Below are positions 25,480-37,270 of a DNA stretch of 64,000 bases, piece by piece; positions within the stretch are counted from its first letter, which is position 1; the number at the start of each line of letters is the position of its first letter. The DNA lies in the NCBI GenBank assembly GCA_950097015.1, contig CATNEN010000013.1, forward strand, positions 620,001 to 684,000. Direction: 5' to 3'. The position numbers were made by a program, and so were the translations under genes. This DNA comes from Macrostomum hystrix. Its lineage: Eukaryota; Animalia; Platyhelminthes. The notes under the pieces are model-generated. The model was given only the letters and a program-made list of their open reading frames with translations. It was not told where the DNA came from and did not search any database.

Positions 25480-27215
25480 CCCACTCTTCCCTGAGTCTCT
25501 CTACCCCACTCTTCCCTGAGTCTCTCTACCCCACTCCTCCCTGAGTCTCTCTACCCCACTCCTCCCTGAGTCTCTCTACCCCACTCTTCCCTGAGTCTCT
25601 CTACCCCACTCCTCCCTGAGTCTCTCTACCCCACTCTTCCCTGACTTTCTCACCCACTCTTCCCTGAGTCTCTCTACCCCACTCTTCCCTGAGTCTCTCT
25701 ATCCCACTCTTCACTGAGACTCTCTACCCCACTCTTCCCTTGAATCTCTCTATCCCACTCTTCCCTGAGACTCTCTACCCCACTCTTCCCTGAGTCTCTC
25801 TACCCCACTCTTCCCTTGAGTCTCTCTACCCGACTCTTCCCTTGAGTCTCTCTACCCCACTCTTCCCTGAGTCTCTCTACCCCACTCTTCCCTTGAGTCT
25901 CTCTACCCCACTCCTCCCTGAGTCTCTCTACCCCACTCCTCCCTGAGTCTCTCTACCACACTCTTCCCTGAGTCTCTCTACCCCACTCCTCCCTGAGTCT
26001 CTCTACCCCACTCCTCCCTGAGTCTCTCTACCCCACTCCTCCCTGAGTCTCTCTACCCCACTCTTCCCTGACTTTCTCACCCACTCTTCCCTGAGTCTCT
26101 CTACCCCACTCTTCCCTGAGTCTCTCTATCCCACTCTTCACTGAGACTCTCTACCCCACTCTTCCCTTGAATCTCTCTATCCCACTCTTCCCTGAGACTC
26201 TCTACCCCACTCTTCCCTGAGACTCTCTGTCACCCACTCTTTCCTAGACTCTCTCACCCACTCTTCCCTGACTCTCTCACCCACTCTTCCCTGACCTCTC
26301 TCACCCACTCTTCCCTGACCTCTCTCACCCACTCTTCCCTGACCTCTCTCACCCACTCTTCCCTGACCTCTCTCACCCACTCTTCCCTGACTCTCTCACC
26401 CACTCTTCCCTTGAATCTCTCTATCCCACTCTTCCCTGAGACTCTCTACCCCACTCTTCCCTGAGTCTCTCTACCCCACTCTTCCCTGAGTCTCTCTACC
26501 CCACTCTTCCCTGAGTCTCTCTACCCCACTCTTCCCTGAGTCTCTCTACCCCACTCCTCCCTGAGTCTCTCTCACCCACTCTTCCCTTGAATCTCTCTAT
26601 CCCACTCTTCCCTGAGACTCTCTACCCCACTCTTCCCTGAGTCTCTCTACCCCACTCTTCCCTGAGTCTCTCTACCCCACTCTTCCCTGAGTCTCTCTAC
26701 CCCACTCTTCCCTGAGTCTCTCTACCCCACTCCTCCCTGAGTCTCTCTCACCCACTCTTCCCTGACTTTCTCACCCACTCTTCCCTGAGTCTCTCTACCC
26801 CACTCTTCCCTGAGTCTCTCTATCCCACTCTTCACTGAGACTCTCTACCCCACTCTTCCCTTGAATCTCTCTATCCCACTCTTCCCTGAGACTCTCTACC
26901 CCACTCTTCCCTGAGACTCTCTACCTCACTCTTCCCTGAGACTCTCTACCCCACTCTTCCCTGAGACTCTCTACCCCACTCTTCCCTGAGACTCTCTACC
27001 CCACTCTTCCCTGAGACTCTCTACCCCACTCTTCCCTGAGACTCTCTACCCCACTCTTCCCTGAGACTCTCTACCCCACTCTTCCCTTGAATCTCTCTAT
27101 CCCACTCTTCCCTGAGACTCTCTACCCCACTCTTCCCTGAATCTATCTACCTCTCTCTTCCCTGAATCTATCTACCTCTCTCTTCCCTGAATCTATCTAC
27201 CTATCTCTTTCCTAA
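25480..27215. repeat. About 25-bp polypyrimidine minisatellite (CTCTCTACCCCACTCTTCCCTGAGT)n
   Basis: Direct reading. Confidence 0.97.
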
Positions 27216-28465
27216 GTCCCCGAGTCTCTACCTCTCTCTCGGGAGATTTTGAGTCTCCCAAAATTTTCAACATTAAATGCAACAGATTCTTGTCGATGTG
27301 AACAAAATAAATATTTAATTCTGGAATTATAGATAGCGCACTTGATTTCGTCTTCCCTAGTCTTCTTTTCACTCGACTGCTCCAGCATCTGCAGTGTGCT
27401 CAAACTATAGCTAGTCCTATTTGATCTCCATCACTTATGTAGCCACATGCCCTGTCAATTTTAAATGTTACAACAAACAAGAAAAAAAACTTTTTTTGAC
27501 AAGTTTTATCGCACTCTAGCTATAAACTAAAACACGTGTTCTTCTATAATATAATTTGTCCATAAATAACATTTCATGGAAAGGAAAAAAAATTAAGCAA
27601 CTTATATTGTTCTGCAAACTATAGTCAATGTTTAGTTTTTTATCTGCCTATTTTACAGACAGTTCACAATTTAGACGGCAGGTGATGTGGCTAGACTTGC
27701 AGACTCAATCTAGCCTCAGGGCGAACACGAACCGAATCAAAATGAGTTAACGGTGGGCGGGAAGTGCTCTGTTCACCGTAACTGTTCATTGTGTCTTTGC
27801 AAATATTCCTTTTTACAAACTAAAATAACAGGCTTACAAAGGATTATCACACCTGTTGGGTTGCTTCTTATTTCGTTTCATCTTGAAAGCGGACAATGTA
27901 CAAATAAGGATAGAAGGATAAATTTCGATCCAGTTCGCGATTATCTTTTTCGGGTTTCCAAAATATCCCAGCTCGAGTATTTGGCCAGAGGGTTAGGCTA
28001 GGTGGGGGTGCGGGGCACCTGCTGTGCGACGCGGTCAATTCGCTACGATCCCCGGTCAGCTGTTTAGCGCATCATGTCTATGGCCGTAACCGGAGACGGA
28101 ACTGAGGCTATTCAGCGGGTGGCCAAGGTAGGTGTCATCCTGGGGGTAGGCAGAGTTTGAGCACACGCGTCAACTCATGTTGTTAAGGTTCTGCCACGCG
28201 GTCAAGCTTCATCGCTAGGGTGACATCGGCGGAGCCTGGCATTGCCAGTTTGTGACCGGAAGGCGATCGCTCACGGTGGGCTGTCAATTTCAATTTAGAA
28301 CAGATAAACAAGATGATGACAAAGGAATTTTTGAGAAGTTTCAATTATTCAGCATGTCACTCGAGAGTTCTTTGTTTTTTTAATTTTAATAGAGTCGGCC
28401 AAGTCACTCTCCGGCACTGGCTTTGCACCGTTGAAATATATTTAATATTTTCCAGTTAAAATGTT

Positions 28466-29180
28466 TAGATAAGGTGCTAATCTCTTAGATAAGGTGCTAA
28501 TCTCTTAGATAAGGTGCTAATCCCTTAGATAAGGTGCTAATCTCTTAGATAAGGTGCTAATCTCTTAGATAAGGTGCTAATCTCTTAGATAAGGTGCTAA
28601 TCTCTTAGATAAGGTGCTAATCTCTTGGATAAGGTGCTAATCTCTTAGATAAGGTGCTAATCTCTTAGATAAGGTGCTAATCTCTTGGATAAGGTGCTAA
28701 TCTCTTAGATAAGGTGCTAATCTCTTAGATAAGGTGCTAATCTCTTGGATAAGGTGCTAATCTCTTAGATAAGGTGCTAATCTCTTAGATAAGGTGCTAA
28801 TCTCTTGGATAAGGTGCTAATCTCTTAGATAAGGTGCTAATCTCTTAGATAAGGTGCTAATCTCTTGGATAAGGTGCTAATCTCTTAGATAAGGTGCTAA
28901 TCTCTTAGATAAGGTGCTAATCTCTTGGATAAGGTGCTAATCTCTTAGATAAGGTGCTAATCCCTTAGATAAGGTGCTAATCTCTTGGATAAGGTGCTAA
29001 TCTCTTAGATAAGGTGCTAATCTCTTAGATAAGGTGCTAATCTCTTGGATAAGGTGCTAATCTCTTAGATAAGGTGCTAATCTCTTAGATAAGGTGCTAA
29101 TCTCTTGGATAAGGTGCTAATCTCTTAGATAAGGTGCTAACCTGTTAGACCAGGTGCTAACCTGTTAGACAACGTGCTAA
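28466..29180. repeat. 20-bp minisatellite (AGATAAGGTGCTAATCTCTT)n with 60-bp higher-order trimer
   Basis: A TGGAT variant occurs in every third unit from 28621 to 29101. Confidence 0.98.
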
Positions 29181-30176
29181 TCTTTGCCAACTTGTTTTTA
29201 CAACTTTTCCATCGAATAGAACAAAGTGAAATCCCAAATTTTCTCTGTGGAAGTCAAAGTTTAATTGTTATTATCTTTGTCATACACCTTTAATAAAAAT
29301 TTTGCATAAGTCCATCAGCTTTTTTACTAGCAAGAAGAGAAATTCTAGATTTGCTTTTGTCTTCACACAGACTGATTAAATGAATCACGTTATTGAAAAA
29401 AAACTTCAGTTCCTAAACAATGTGTAATTAGTGGCTTCAAATCCTAGATTTACCTGTCGCAGGGTGCAACGCACAGATTAATTCCCAAATAGCATTTCAT
29501 ATATAATTAGTCTAGTCCTTTGTGTCTAATGTTTTTTTTCCTAAAGGATCTGACAACATATTTATTTATCCTATAGAGACATACTTTAGAATAGCTTTCA
29601 CTAGCTAGTACCGGTATATTGTGCAATTAGCTTGAGCATATATAATCAGGCATTGTGAAAGTTGGGTTACAATACTCGTAGTATAAAACAGATTTTGTTT
29701 AGCCATATAGGTTTTGAGCAGTTTGGCACGAATCAATGTCTGTTTCGTTGCTAATCACACAGTTAGTAAAATACGACCCGCATAATGATCGAACTTACGG
29801 GCCCGGATACAGGAGTTTATCATATGCATATCAAGGATACACTTGAATGCTCTTTGGCAAGAGAACGTTGCCCGCCAAACTTAATGCGATCAATTAATAC
29901 ACTGGACCAGTTTCTGTTTACATGAGTTCAATGAGTTAAAAGCTAAATTAGTGGTAGATACGATCCAAAAATAGGTTGGGATATCGTGATGGGGATATGA
30001 AATCTTCCAAGCAAAGAGTTGACAGAGCCGCTACAACATGTGGACTCATGCTCAGAGTAAGGACCGCCAGTCAAGTGTGTTTCATTTTTCAACAGAACCG
30101 GATTTGACTTTTATAAGTTATGATTATGAATTGAGCGCGCATTGGTCATTGTTCTCAACGTCGGTCAGCCGCAGAG

Positions 30177-30690
30177 ATGCCATTGCGAGATCCCAATCCT
30201 AAAAGTGAGAGTTGAGCACAACACTCTCTAGCAAGGAAAACTGTTACTTCTTTTTCTCGACAGACGGTGCGCCGACCCGACAGGTCAAAAACGGAATTCT
30301 CTCACTCATATAGAGATATAGGAATATAATGATCAAGGCTGTGAGCCAGTGACACATGTTCTACAGATCGAAGGACACCCGGTTATCGCAAGCCCCAAAT
30401 CTGATCTATAGTTTGTGCTTGTATATTTTTAACAGCAACAGATGCGTTGAGATGGGATGACTGGGTATGGGATAAGCAACAGGTTGAGACAGAAGCCCCT
30501 CTTTGGCAGGAAAGTTTCAATCGGATGATAGTAAGTAATAATAATAATAATGATGATGATGATGATGATGGTAGTGGAGATACAGACTTCAGTCTCGATT
30601 TGAAGCGTCCTTCAATTCTGATCTTTGTGTTTCTGCCAGTTTCGCAATGCGAAAGGCGGCGCCAGCCAATATTACGCAAGAGATTTTTAG
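30177..30690 (+). CDS. Candidate micro-exon orphan gene or 3' part of one (exons 30177-30204, 30264-30283, 30322-30340, 30436-30530, 30640-30690; about 70 aa)
   Basis: Phase-consistent GT-AG chain giving MPLRDPNPKNGAPTRQEYNDQGSTDALRWDDWVWDKQQVETEAPLWQESFNRMIFRNAKGGASQYYARDF. The last two exons have strong sites (ttttaacag, gtaagt, tttctgccag). No family recognised. Confidence 0.33.
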
Positions 30691-30780
30691 TTGTACAGAA
30701 AAAGCATATGACTACATTGACAAAAGGTCAGACGGAAGTGAATACTTTGGACAGGTTAAAGTAGAGAAATGGAAAGATGG

Positions 30781-30998
30781 AAATTGGGTGAGATGTGCAG
30801 CCGACAGCACAGCCGCAGCTCTCGCGCCGTGCATCTGAAGGCTGTGTACGGCTGTTCAGTCCATGGACTGGGGAAAGACGCCAAACCAACCATCAAAAGC
30901 TAAGTGTCTTACTAAAGGACACAAATTGTTACAATGGAGTCTGGAATCGAACCCCCGACCTTCAAGTCATGAGTCCGACTCTCTAAACTCTAGGTTAA
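30781..30998 (-). mobile_element. SINE family 1, internally deleted copy
   Basis: Reverse complement of the tRNA-like head (GGGGTTCGATTCC) and of the 3' domain (CAGTCCATGGACTGAACAGCCGTAC...). Confidence 0.85.
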
Positions 30999-31039
30999 AA
31001 CCCGTAGAAAGAGAGAAAATAAGAGTAGGAGAATGAGAG

Positions 31040-31620
31040 ACAGGGAGAGGCAGAGACAGAGAGGAGGGAGAGAGAGGTTGAGAAAGAAGAGCGAAGAAGA
31101 AGAAGGAGGTGAAGAAGGAAATTTGAATGGGAGAGGGAGAGGGGGGATAGGGGTAGAGGGGGAGAGAGAGGGGAGAAAAGGCGAGGGGGAGAGAGGGGAG
31201 AGAGGGAGAGAGGGAGAGGGGGAGAGGGGGAAGGGGGGAGAGGGGAGAGAGAGGGGAGAGGGGGATAGTAGAGGGGTAGAGAGGGGGAGAGGGAGGTAGA
31301 GAGGAGGAGAGAGAGGTAGAGAGGAGGAGAGAGAGGTAGAGAGGAGGAGAGAGAGGTAGAGAGGAGGAGAGAGAGGTAGAGAGGAGGAGAGAGAGGTAGA
31401 GAGGGGGAGAGAGAGGTAGAGAGGACGAGAGAGAGGTAGAGAGGGGGAGAGAGAGGTAGAGAGGACGAGAGAGAGGGAGAGAGGAGGAGAGAGAAGTAGA
31501 GAGGAGGAGAGAGAGGTAGAGAGGAGGAGAGAGAGGTAGAGAGGGGGAGAGAGAGGTATAGAGGAGGAGAGAGAGGTAGAGAGGAGGAGAGAGAGGTAGA
31601 GAGGGGGAGAGGGAGCGAGA
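31040..31620. repeat. GA-rich low-complexity tract and 20-bp repeat (GAGAGGAGGAGAGAGAGGTA)n
   Basis: Direct reading. Confidence 0.93.
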
Positions 31621-32182
31621 TGAGTGAGAGCTGAATAGAGAATGAACGCATCAAACTCTGCAGGCACTGACAAGGTAAAAAAAGGAATAATGTCATTATC
31701 GATTACAAACACTTCGAAAGACCTATAAGCTTTGTCTGGGAAATCTAACGAAGGACTGAGGAAATATGAAGCGATATGAGCATAGTTTCATTCTGCCATA
31801 AAATCGTTAATGATCAATAGCAAATCTGTGAGTTGAAAGTTTCGATAACAGATGAATTCCAGACTGGAAGCAATGTGACGCAATTCACTAACTGGGAGCA
31901 TTGTTACACACGTGACCAATCGACCCCGGGGGGGGATAAATTTGGGCAGCGGGAAATTTCGGCCCGCTGTTGGCGGGGAGCAAAAGCTGGGGCGAACGAG
32001 TCTCATTGGACAGCGGGCCTGGGCGGGTCAACCCCACCGTCTCATCCCCCCGACTGCAGGCAGGTAGATAAAACGGTGACAGCTCGACTGTTAGAACAAC
32101 ATTAAACGAAGCTTCTCATCCAGTGGATAGCGGAACCGAGCTCAAAAGTTTTTGATTGATCTACAATCGAATAATCAGAGTC

Positions 32183-33592
32183 ATGACAACAAACTCATGC
32201 GCTTTGGCTGCCTGGACTGAGCTGTCATCTCTGCATCCCAGCGATATGGATGACAGCGAGGTCGAGACTTCGCCAGATTCGGCGAGGACAACCACCGCGT
32301 CAACTAACAAGCATTCATCGTCGTCTCGACGCAGTCACGCCGCGGCGAAGTCATCGGAGGCGCCTGGCGGCCGAAGGCGACGCGGCGGAGCGCTGGCGGC
32401 GGCTGCCCGCGGACTCAGCGACGCCGAGCTGCAGGACCTGCGGCTGAAGATTAACAGCCGGGAGAGGCAGCGAATGCACGACCTCAATTCCGCAATGGAC
32501 GGGCTGAGGTGAGTAGCTGAGAAAGCTCGGGAGCTGGGAGAAAATTAGGAAGGAGAAAAGGGAGACGAGGAATAGAAGGGGAGAGGAAGAATAGGAGGGG
32601 AGCGGAAGAATAGAAGGGGAGGAAGAATAGAAGGGGAGAGGAAGAATAGAAGGGGAGAGGAAGAATAGGTGGGGAGAGGAAGAATAGGTGGGGAGAGGAA
32701 GAATAGGTGGGGAGAGGAAGAATAGAAGGGGAGAGGAAAATAGGATGGGAGCGGAAGAATAGAAGGGGAGGAAGAATAGGTGGGGAGAGGAAGAATAGGT
32801 GGGGAGAGGAAGAATAGAAGGGGAGAGGAAAATAGGATGGGAGCGGAAGAATAGAAGGGGAGGAAGAATAGAAGGGGAGAGGAAGAATAGAAGGGGAGAG
32901 GAAAATAGGATGGGAGCGGAAGAATAGAAGGGGAGGAAGAATAGAAGGGGAGAGGAAGAAATTGGAGGGGAGAGGAAGAATAGAAGGGGAGAGGAAAATA
33001 GGATGGGAGCGGAAGAATAGAAGGGGAGGAAGAAATAGAAGGGGAGAGGAAGAATAGAAGGGGGAGAGGAAGAAATTGGAGGGGAGAGGAAGAATAGAAG
33101 GGGAGAGGAAGGAGAGAATGTTAAGAATAGAAAAGAATGAGAAAAGTTTGTATCGATGATGCCCTGTCTACTAAGTGTGCCGCCTTCTCAAACGCCGCTT
33201 TCCGCAGGTCGGTGATGCCCCAGCAGAGCGGTCCGTCAGTTCGCAAACTGTCCAAAATTGCCACCCTGAATCTGGCCAAGAACTACATTGTGGCACTCAG
33301 TCGGGCACTGGAGGATTCGCAGCGCCTGCTGATGGAGCAACTTCATCAGCCGGCCAGAATTGTAGCTCCATCGCCAGTCGTTGCCACCGCCGCTGTTTGC
33401 AAGTCTCAACTGCCTGAGCTGCTGCATCATCCGATGGCATGGACAGCGACAGGAGCATATCAGAATCCACTGCAATCACAGCCGCCCATTCCTCCGCTGT
33501 CGATGCAGCAGCAGCAGCAGCAGCAGCAGCACATGGAGCTTCCTGAAGAGAAGCCGCGACTGAAGCATTCAATTAGCAGTCTGATTCTGTGA
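32183..33592 (+). CDS. olig: Olig-family bHLH transcription factor; exons 32183-32508 and 33208-33592
   Basis: Splicing CTGAG|gtgagt...ttccgcag|GTCG gives [51 protein letters not shown], nearly identical to the Olig bHLH (INSRE, AMDGLR and VMP fit Olig better than Beta3/BHLHE22). AATAAA at 33873. Confidence 0.93.
32545..33115. repeat. About 19-bp GA-rich minisatellite (AGAATAGAAGGGGAGAGGA)n inside the Olig intron
   Basis: Direct reading. Confidence 0.92.
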
Positions 33593-34149
33593 AGCTTTTA
33601 ATTGAACAGTTAGATTCCATTCTATATATAGCTATTTTTTCCAGTTGAACAACTCGCTCAAGCTACTGATAGTAGTAAAAACCCTTAGGGTACGGAGTTT
33701 CTATATAAATTGCACTTGCCTGCATGCTTATTGGTGCTTCATTGAAAAATGCCAGTCGACCTATTTAAATCACACTTTTTGTGCACTAATTGGTTGTGAA
33801 ATGACTCGTAGTTTCAAATTTGCATTTCGATAGCTGAATGCCTATGCATATTATTTTATAAATTGATCGACAAATAAAAGTCGAGACACAATAAAAAGAC
33901 TCGGTAAAAATGTTTATTGACTTTAATAAATCAATTTGTTTTCTTTTAACAACGAATTATTGCACTATTTCAAAGTTTACTTTGTGAGTAAAAATTGAAT
34001 ACTATAGTAGCTATATGCTACTTATAGTAGCAGTAGAATAGCCACTAGCTGTACGGAAGAAATGGCAGATTGTGGGACTCTTAAAAAAGAATATTGCAGA
34101 AACAGGCAAACAATCTATTGGCAGCGACAGAAAAAATATAATGTTTCCA

Positions 34150-35705
34150 GATACTGACAGAAGTTTACAGAAACTGACAGAAGATTACAGAAATTTACAG
34201 AAATTGACAGAAACTGACAGAAGTTTACAGAAACTGACAGAAGTTTACAGAAATTGACTGAACTTTACAGAAATTGACTGAAATTTACAGAAACTGACAG
34301 AAGTTTACAGAAATCTACAGAAACTGACAGAAGTTTACAGAAACTGACAGAAGTTTACAGAAACTGACAGAGGTTTACAGAAACTGACAGAAGTTTAAAG
34401 AAATTTACAGAAATTGACAAACTATTACAGAAGTTTACAGAAACTGACAGAAATTAACAGATACTGACAGAAGTTTACAGAAACTGACAAACTATTACAG
34501 AAGTTTACAGAAACTGACAGAAATTAACAGAAACTGACAGAAGTTTACAGAAACTGACAGAAGTTTACAGAAACTGGCAGAATATTACAGAAATTTACAG
34601 AAATTGACAAACTATTACAGAAATTTACAAAAACTGACAGAAGTTTATAGAAACTGACAGAAGTTTACAGAAACTGACAGAAGTTTACAGAAATTGACTG
34701 AACTTTACAGAAACTGACAGAAGTTTACAGAAACTGACAGAAGTTTACAGAAACTGACAGAAGTTTACAGAAATTGACTGAACTTTACAGAAACTGACAG
34801 AAGTTTACAGAAATCTACAGAAACTGACAGAAGTTTACAGAAACTGACAGAAATTTACAGAAACTGACAGAAGTTTACAGAAACTGACAGAAGTTTACAG
34901 AAACTGACAGAAACTGACAGAAGTTTACAGAAACTGACAGAAGATTACGGAGATTTACAGAAACTGACTGAAGTTTACAGAAACTGACAGAGGTTTACAG
35001 AAACTGACAGAAGTTTAAAGAAATTTACAGAAATTGACAAACTATTACAGAAGTTTACAGAAACTGACAGAAATTAACAGATACTGACAGAAGTTTACAG
35101 AAACTGACAAACTATTACAGAAGTTTACAGAAACTGACAGAAATTAACAGAAACTGACAGAAGTTAACAGAAACTGACAGAAGTTTACAGAAACTGGCAG
35201 AATATTACAGAAATTTACAGAAATTGACAAAAACTGACAGAAGTTTATAGAAACTGACAGAAGTTTGCAGAAACTGACAGAAGTTTACAGAAACTGACAG
35301 AAGTTTACAGAAACTGACAGAAGTTTACAGAAACTGACAGAAGTTTACAGAAATTGACTGAACTTCACAGAAATTGACAGAAGTTTACAGAAACTGACAG
35401 AAGTTTACAGAAACTGAGAGAAATTTACAGAAACTGACAGAAGTTTACAGAAACTGACAGAAGTTTACAGAAACTGACACAAGTTTACAGAAACTGACAC
35501 AAGTTTACAGAAATTGACTGAACTTTACAGAAACTGACAGAAGTTTACAGAAAATGACACAAGTTTACAGAAACTGACAGAAGTTTACAGAAAATGACAC
35601 AAGTTTACAGAAACTGACAGAAGTTTACAGAAACTGACAGAAGTTTACAGAAACTGACAGAAATTTACAGGAACTGACAGAAGTTTACAGAAACTGACAG
35701 AAGTT
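34150..35705. repeat. 20-bp (10+10) minisatellite (ACAGAAACTGACAGAAGTTT)n
   Basis: Direct reading. Confidence 0.97.
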
Positions 35706-35989
35706 TGCTGAAACTTATGCTATGGTTGCTTATTTGGTGCATTTAGACTGGAAATTACTACTGAACTACTAAAAGTAGAGTGACAAGAAAGAAACAATTT
35801 TACTCAATAATAAAACTAGATTTGAATTTCTTAAGAAAGAAATAAGAAAGCGGGGAAATCATAAAATTTTGAATTATTGACTAAGAGAATTTTTTTTTCG
35901 ATAATAATATTTTCGTCGATATTAAAACTGTTCAGTATTTTAAGGTTAGGAATGGCCTTGAAGGTCTGTGTGGCGTCGCGTCCGTGAAA

Positions 35990-36135
35990 GGTGGGTGTGG
36001 CGTCCCCCCAGTCCGTGGACTGAACAGCTGTACGCAGCCTTCAGATGCGCCGCGCATTAGCTGCGGCTGTGCTGTCGGCTGCACATCTGACCCAATTGGG
36101 GCAGGTGTAATCAATTATTATTAATTATAATTATT
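35990..36135 (+). mobile_element. SINE family 1, 5'-truncated copy (3' domain and ATT tail)
   Basis: GGGTGTGGCGTCCCCC...CAGGTGTAATC followed by ATTATT matches the other copies. Confidence 0.88.
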
Positions 36136-37270
36136 GAAGGTTTGGAATTTTAGAATAATTGTTTTATGAATTTTTGACTAGGCAGTTCAATTAGCTAATG
36201 CTCAATTTCGGATTATTCAAATGCTCAAGTCGCGCCAAATCAATTGCAGAATGATTCTTATTTCCCCTAAGGAAATCTTCTTGATTGAAGCTGTCAAGCC
36301 AGTTTCTGCAGTCGCTCAAATGCGGCTTGTCAATCAGCCGACTCAACCGACTCAACTTAGTAGGGAGAAAAAGTAGCTCGTCCTGCTACAGAATAGGAAA
36401 AGCGATTTTTGTTAGCATTTTTTATGTTGTTGTAGCAACGGTCACTTGGTCTTTCCAAGAAAGAGAGACCTATAGAAAAGATTTCTAGCAGGAATTTGAA
36501 AGAGAGAAAGAAAAACGGTTAGGACCAGAGCAGCACCTGAAACATGTCAACTGGGACTTGCTAGACTACTTCAATCTCTAACTTTGAGCTGGTAAACTCA
36601 AGTGAGTCCAAAATCATTCAGTGGGGCTGTAGGCCACTTCCTTAGGAGGCCAATGCGTGTGCAGACTGAAAACTCGATGGCATTGAAATGGGATGCCAGC
36701 AGGGATGCAGGGAGCGGAAGCTGCTGCTGCTGTGATGAAGCTGACTCACCGTGCTCAGTCTCCATGGCTTTATTACTTAGCTGGCAGTTCTCTTTCAGGG
36801 CATGAATGAAAATGTGGGGAGGACTATCGGTTTTTCTCCTCTATATGGCTGGGACTGCCGTCGGAAATTTTGTGGCCATCAATAAATGCCAGAGTCCAAT
36901 ATGCATGACAGCACAGATTGTGTGTGTGTGTGTGGGCGGCTGATTAAATTAATCAATTAATGCTAATATAAACCTAATGCATATAATATGACCCGATCCG
37001 CCTATACGCCCATCCCAACCTCCGTCCGGGCGCGGCTTTGCTAAAAGAAAATTCCTGGCATGCAGTTTTGTGTTCTCTCCTAGAAGCATGTTTTTTCTTT
37101 TTAGCTTTTAGGTTATATGCGGTTTGCTCATAACTTATTTGTTGGAAAGCATTAGAACAAGCCTTCACAGATCTCAAACTGTGCAATAGTCTGGAACTTT
37201 TATTTAATTATCAATCCTTTTTAATAATACAAGCTTTATGTCATAATGAAGCGATTTCATTTTAAAATAC

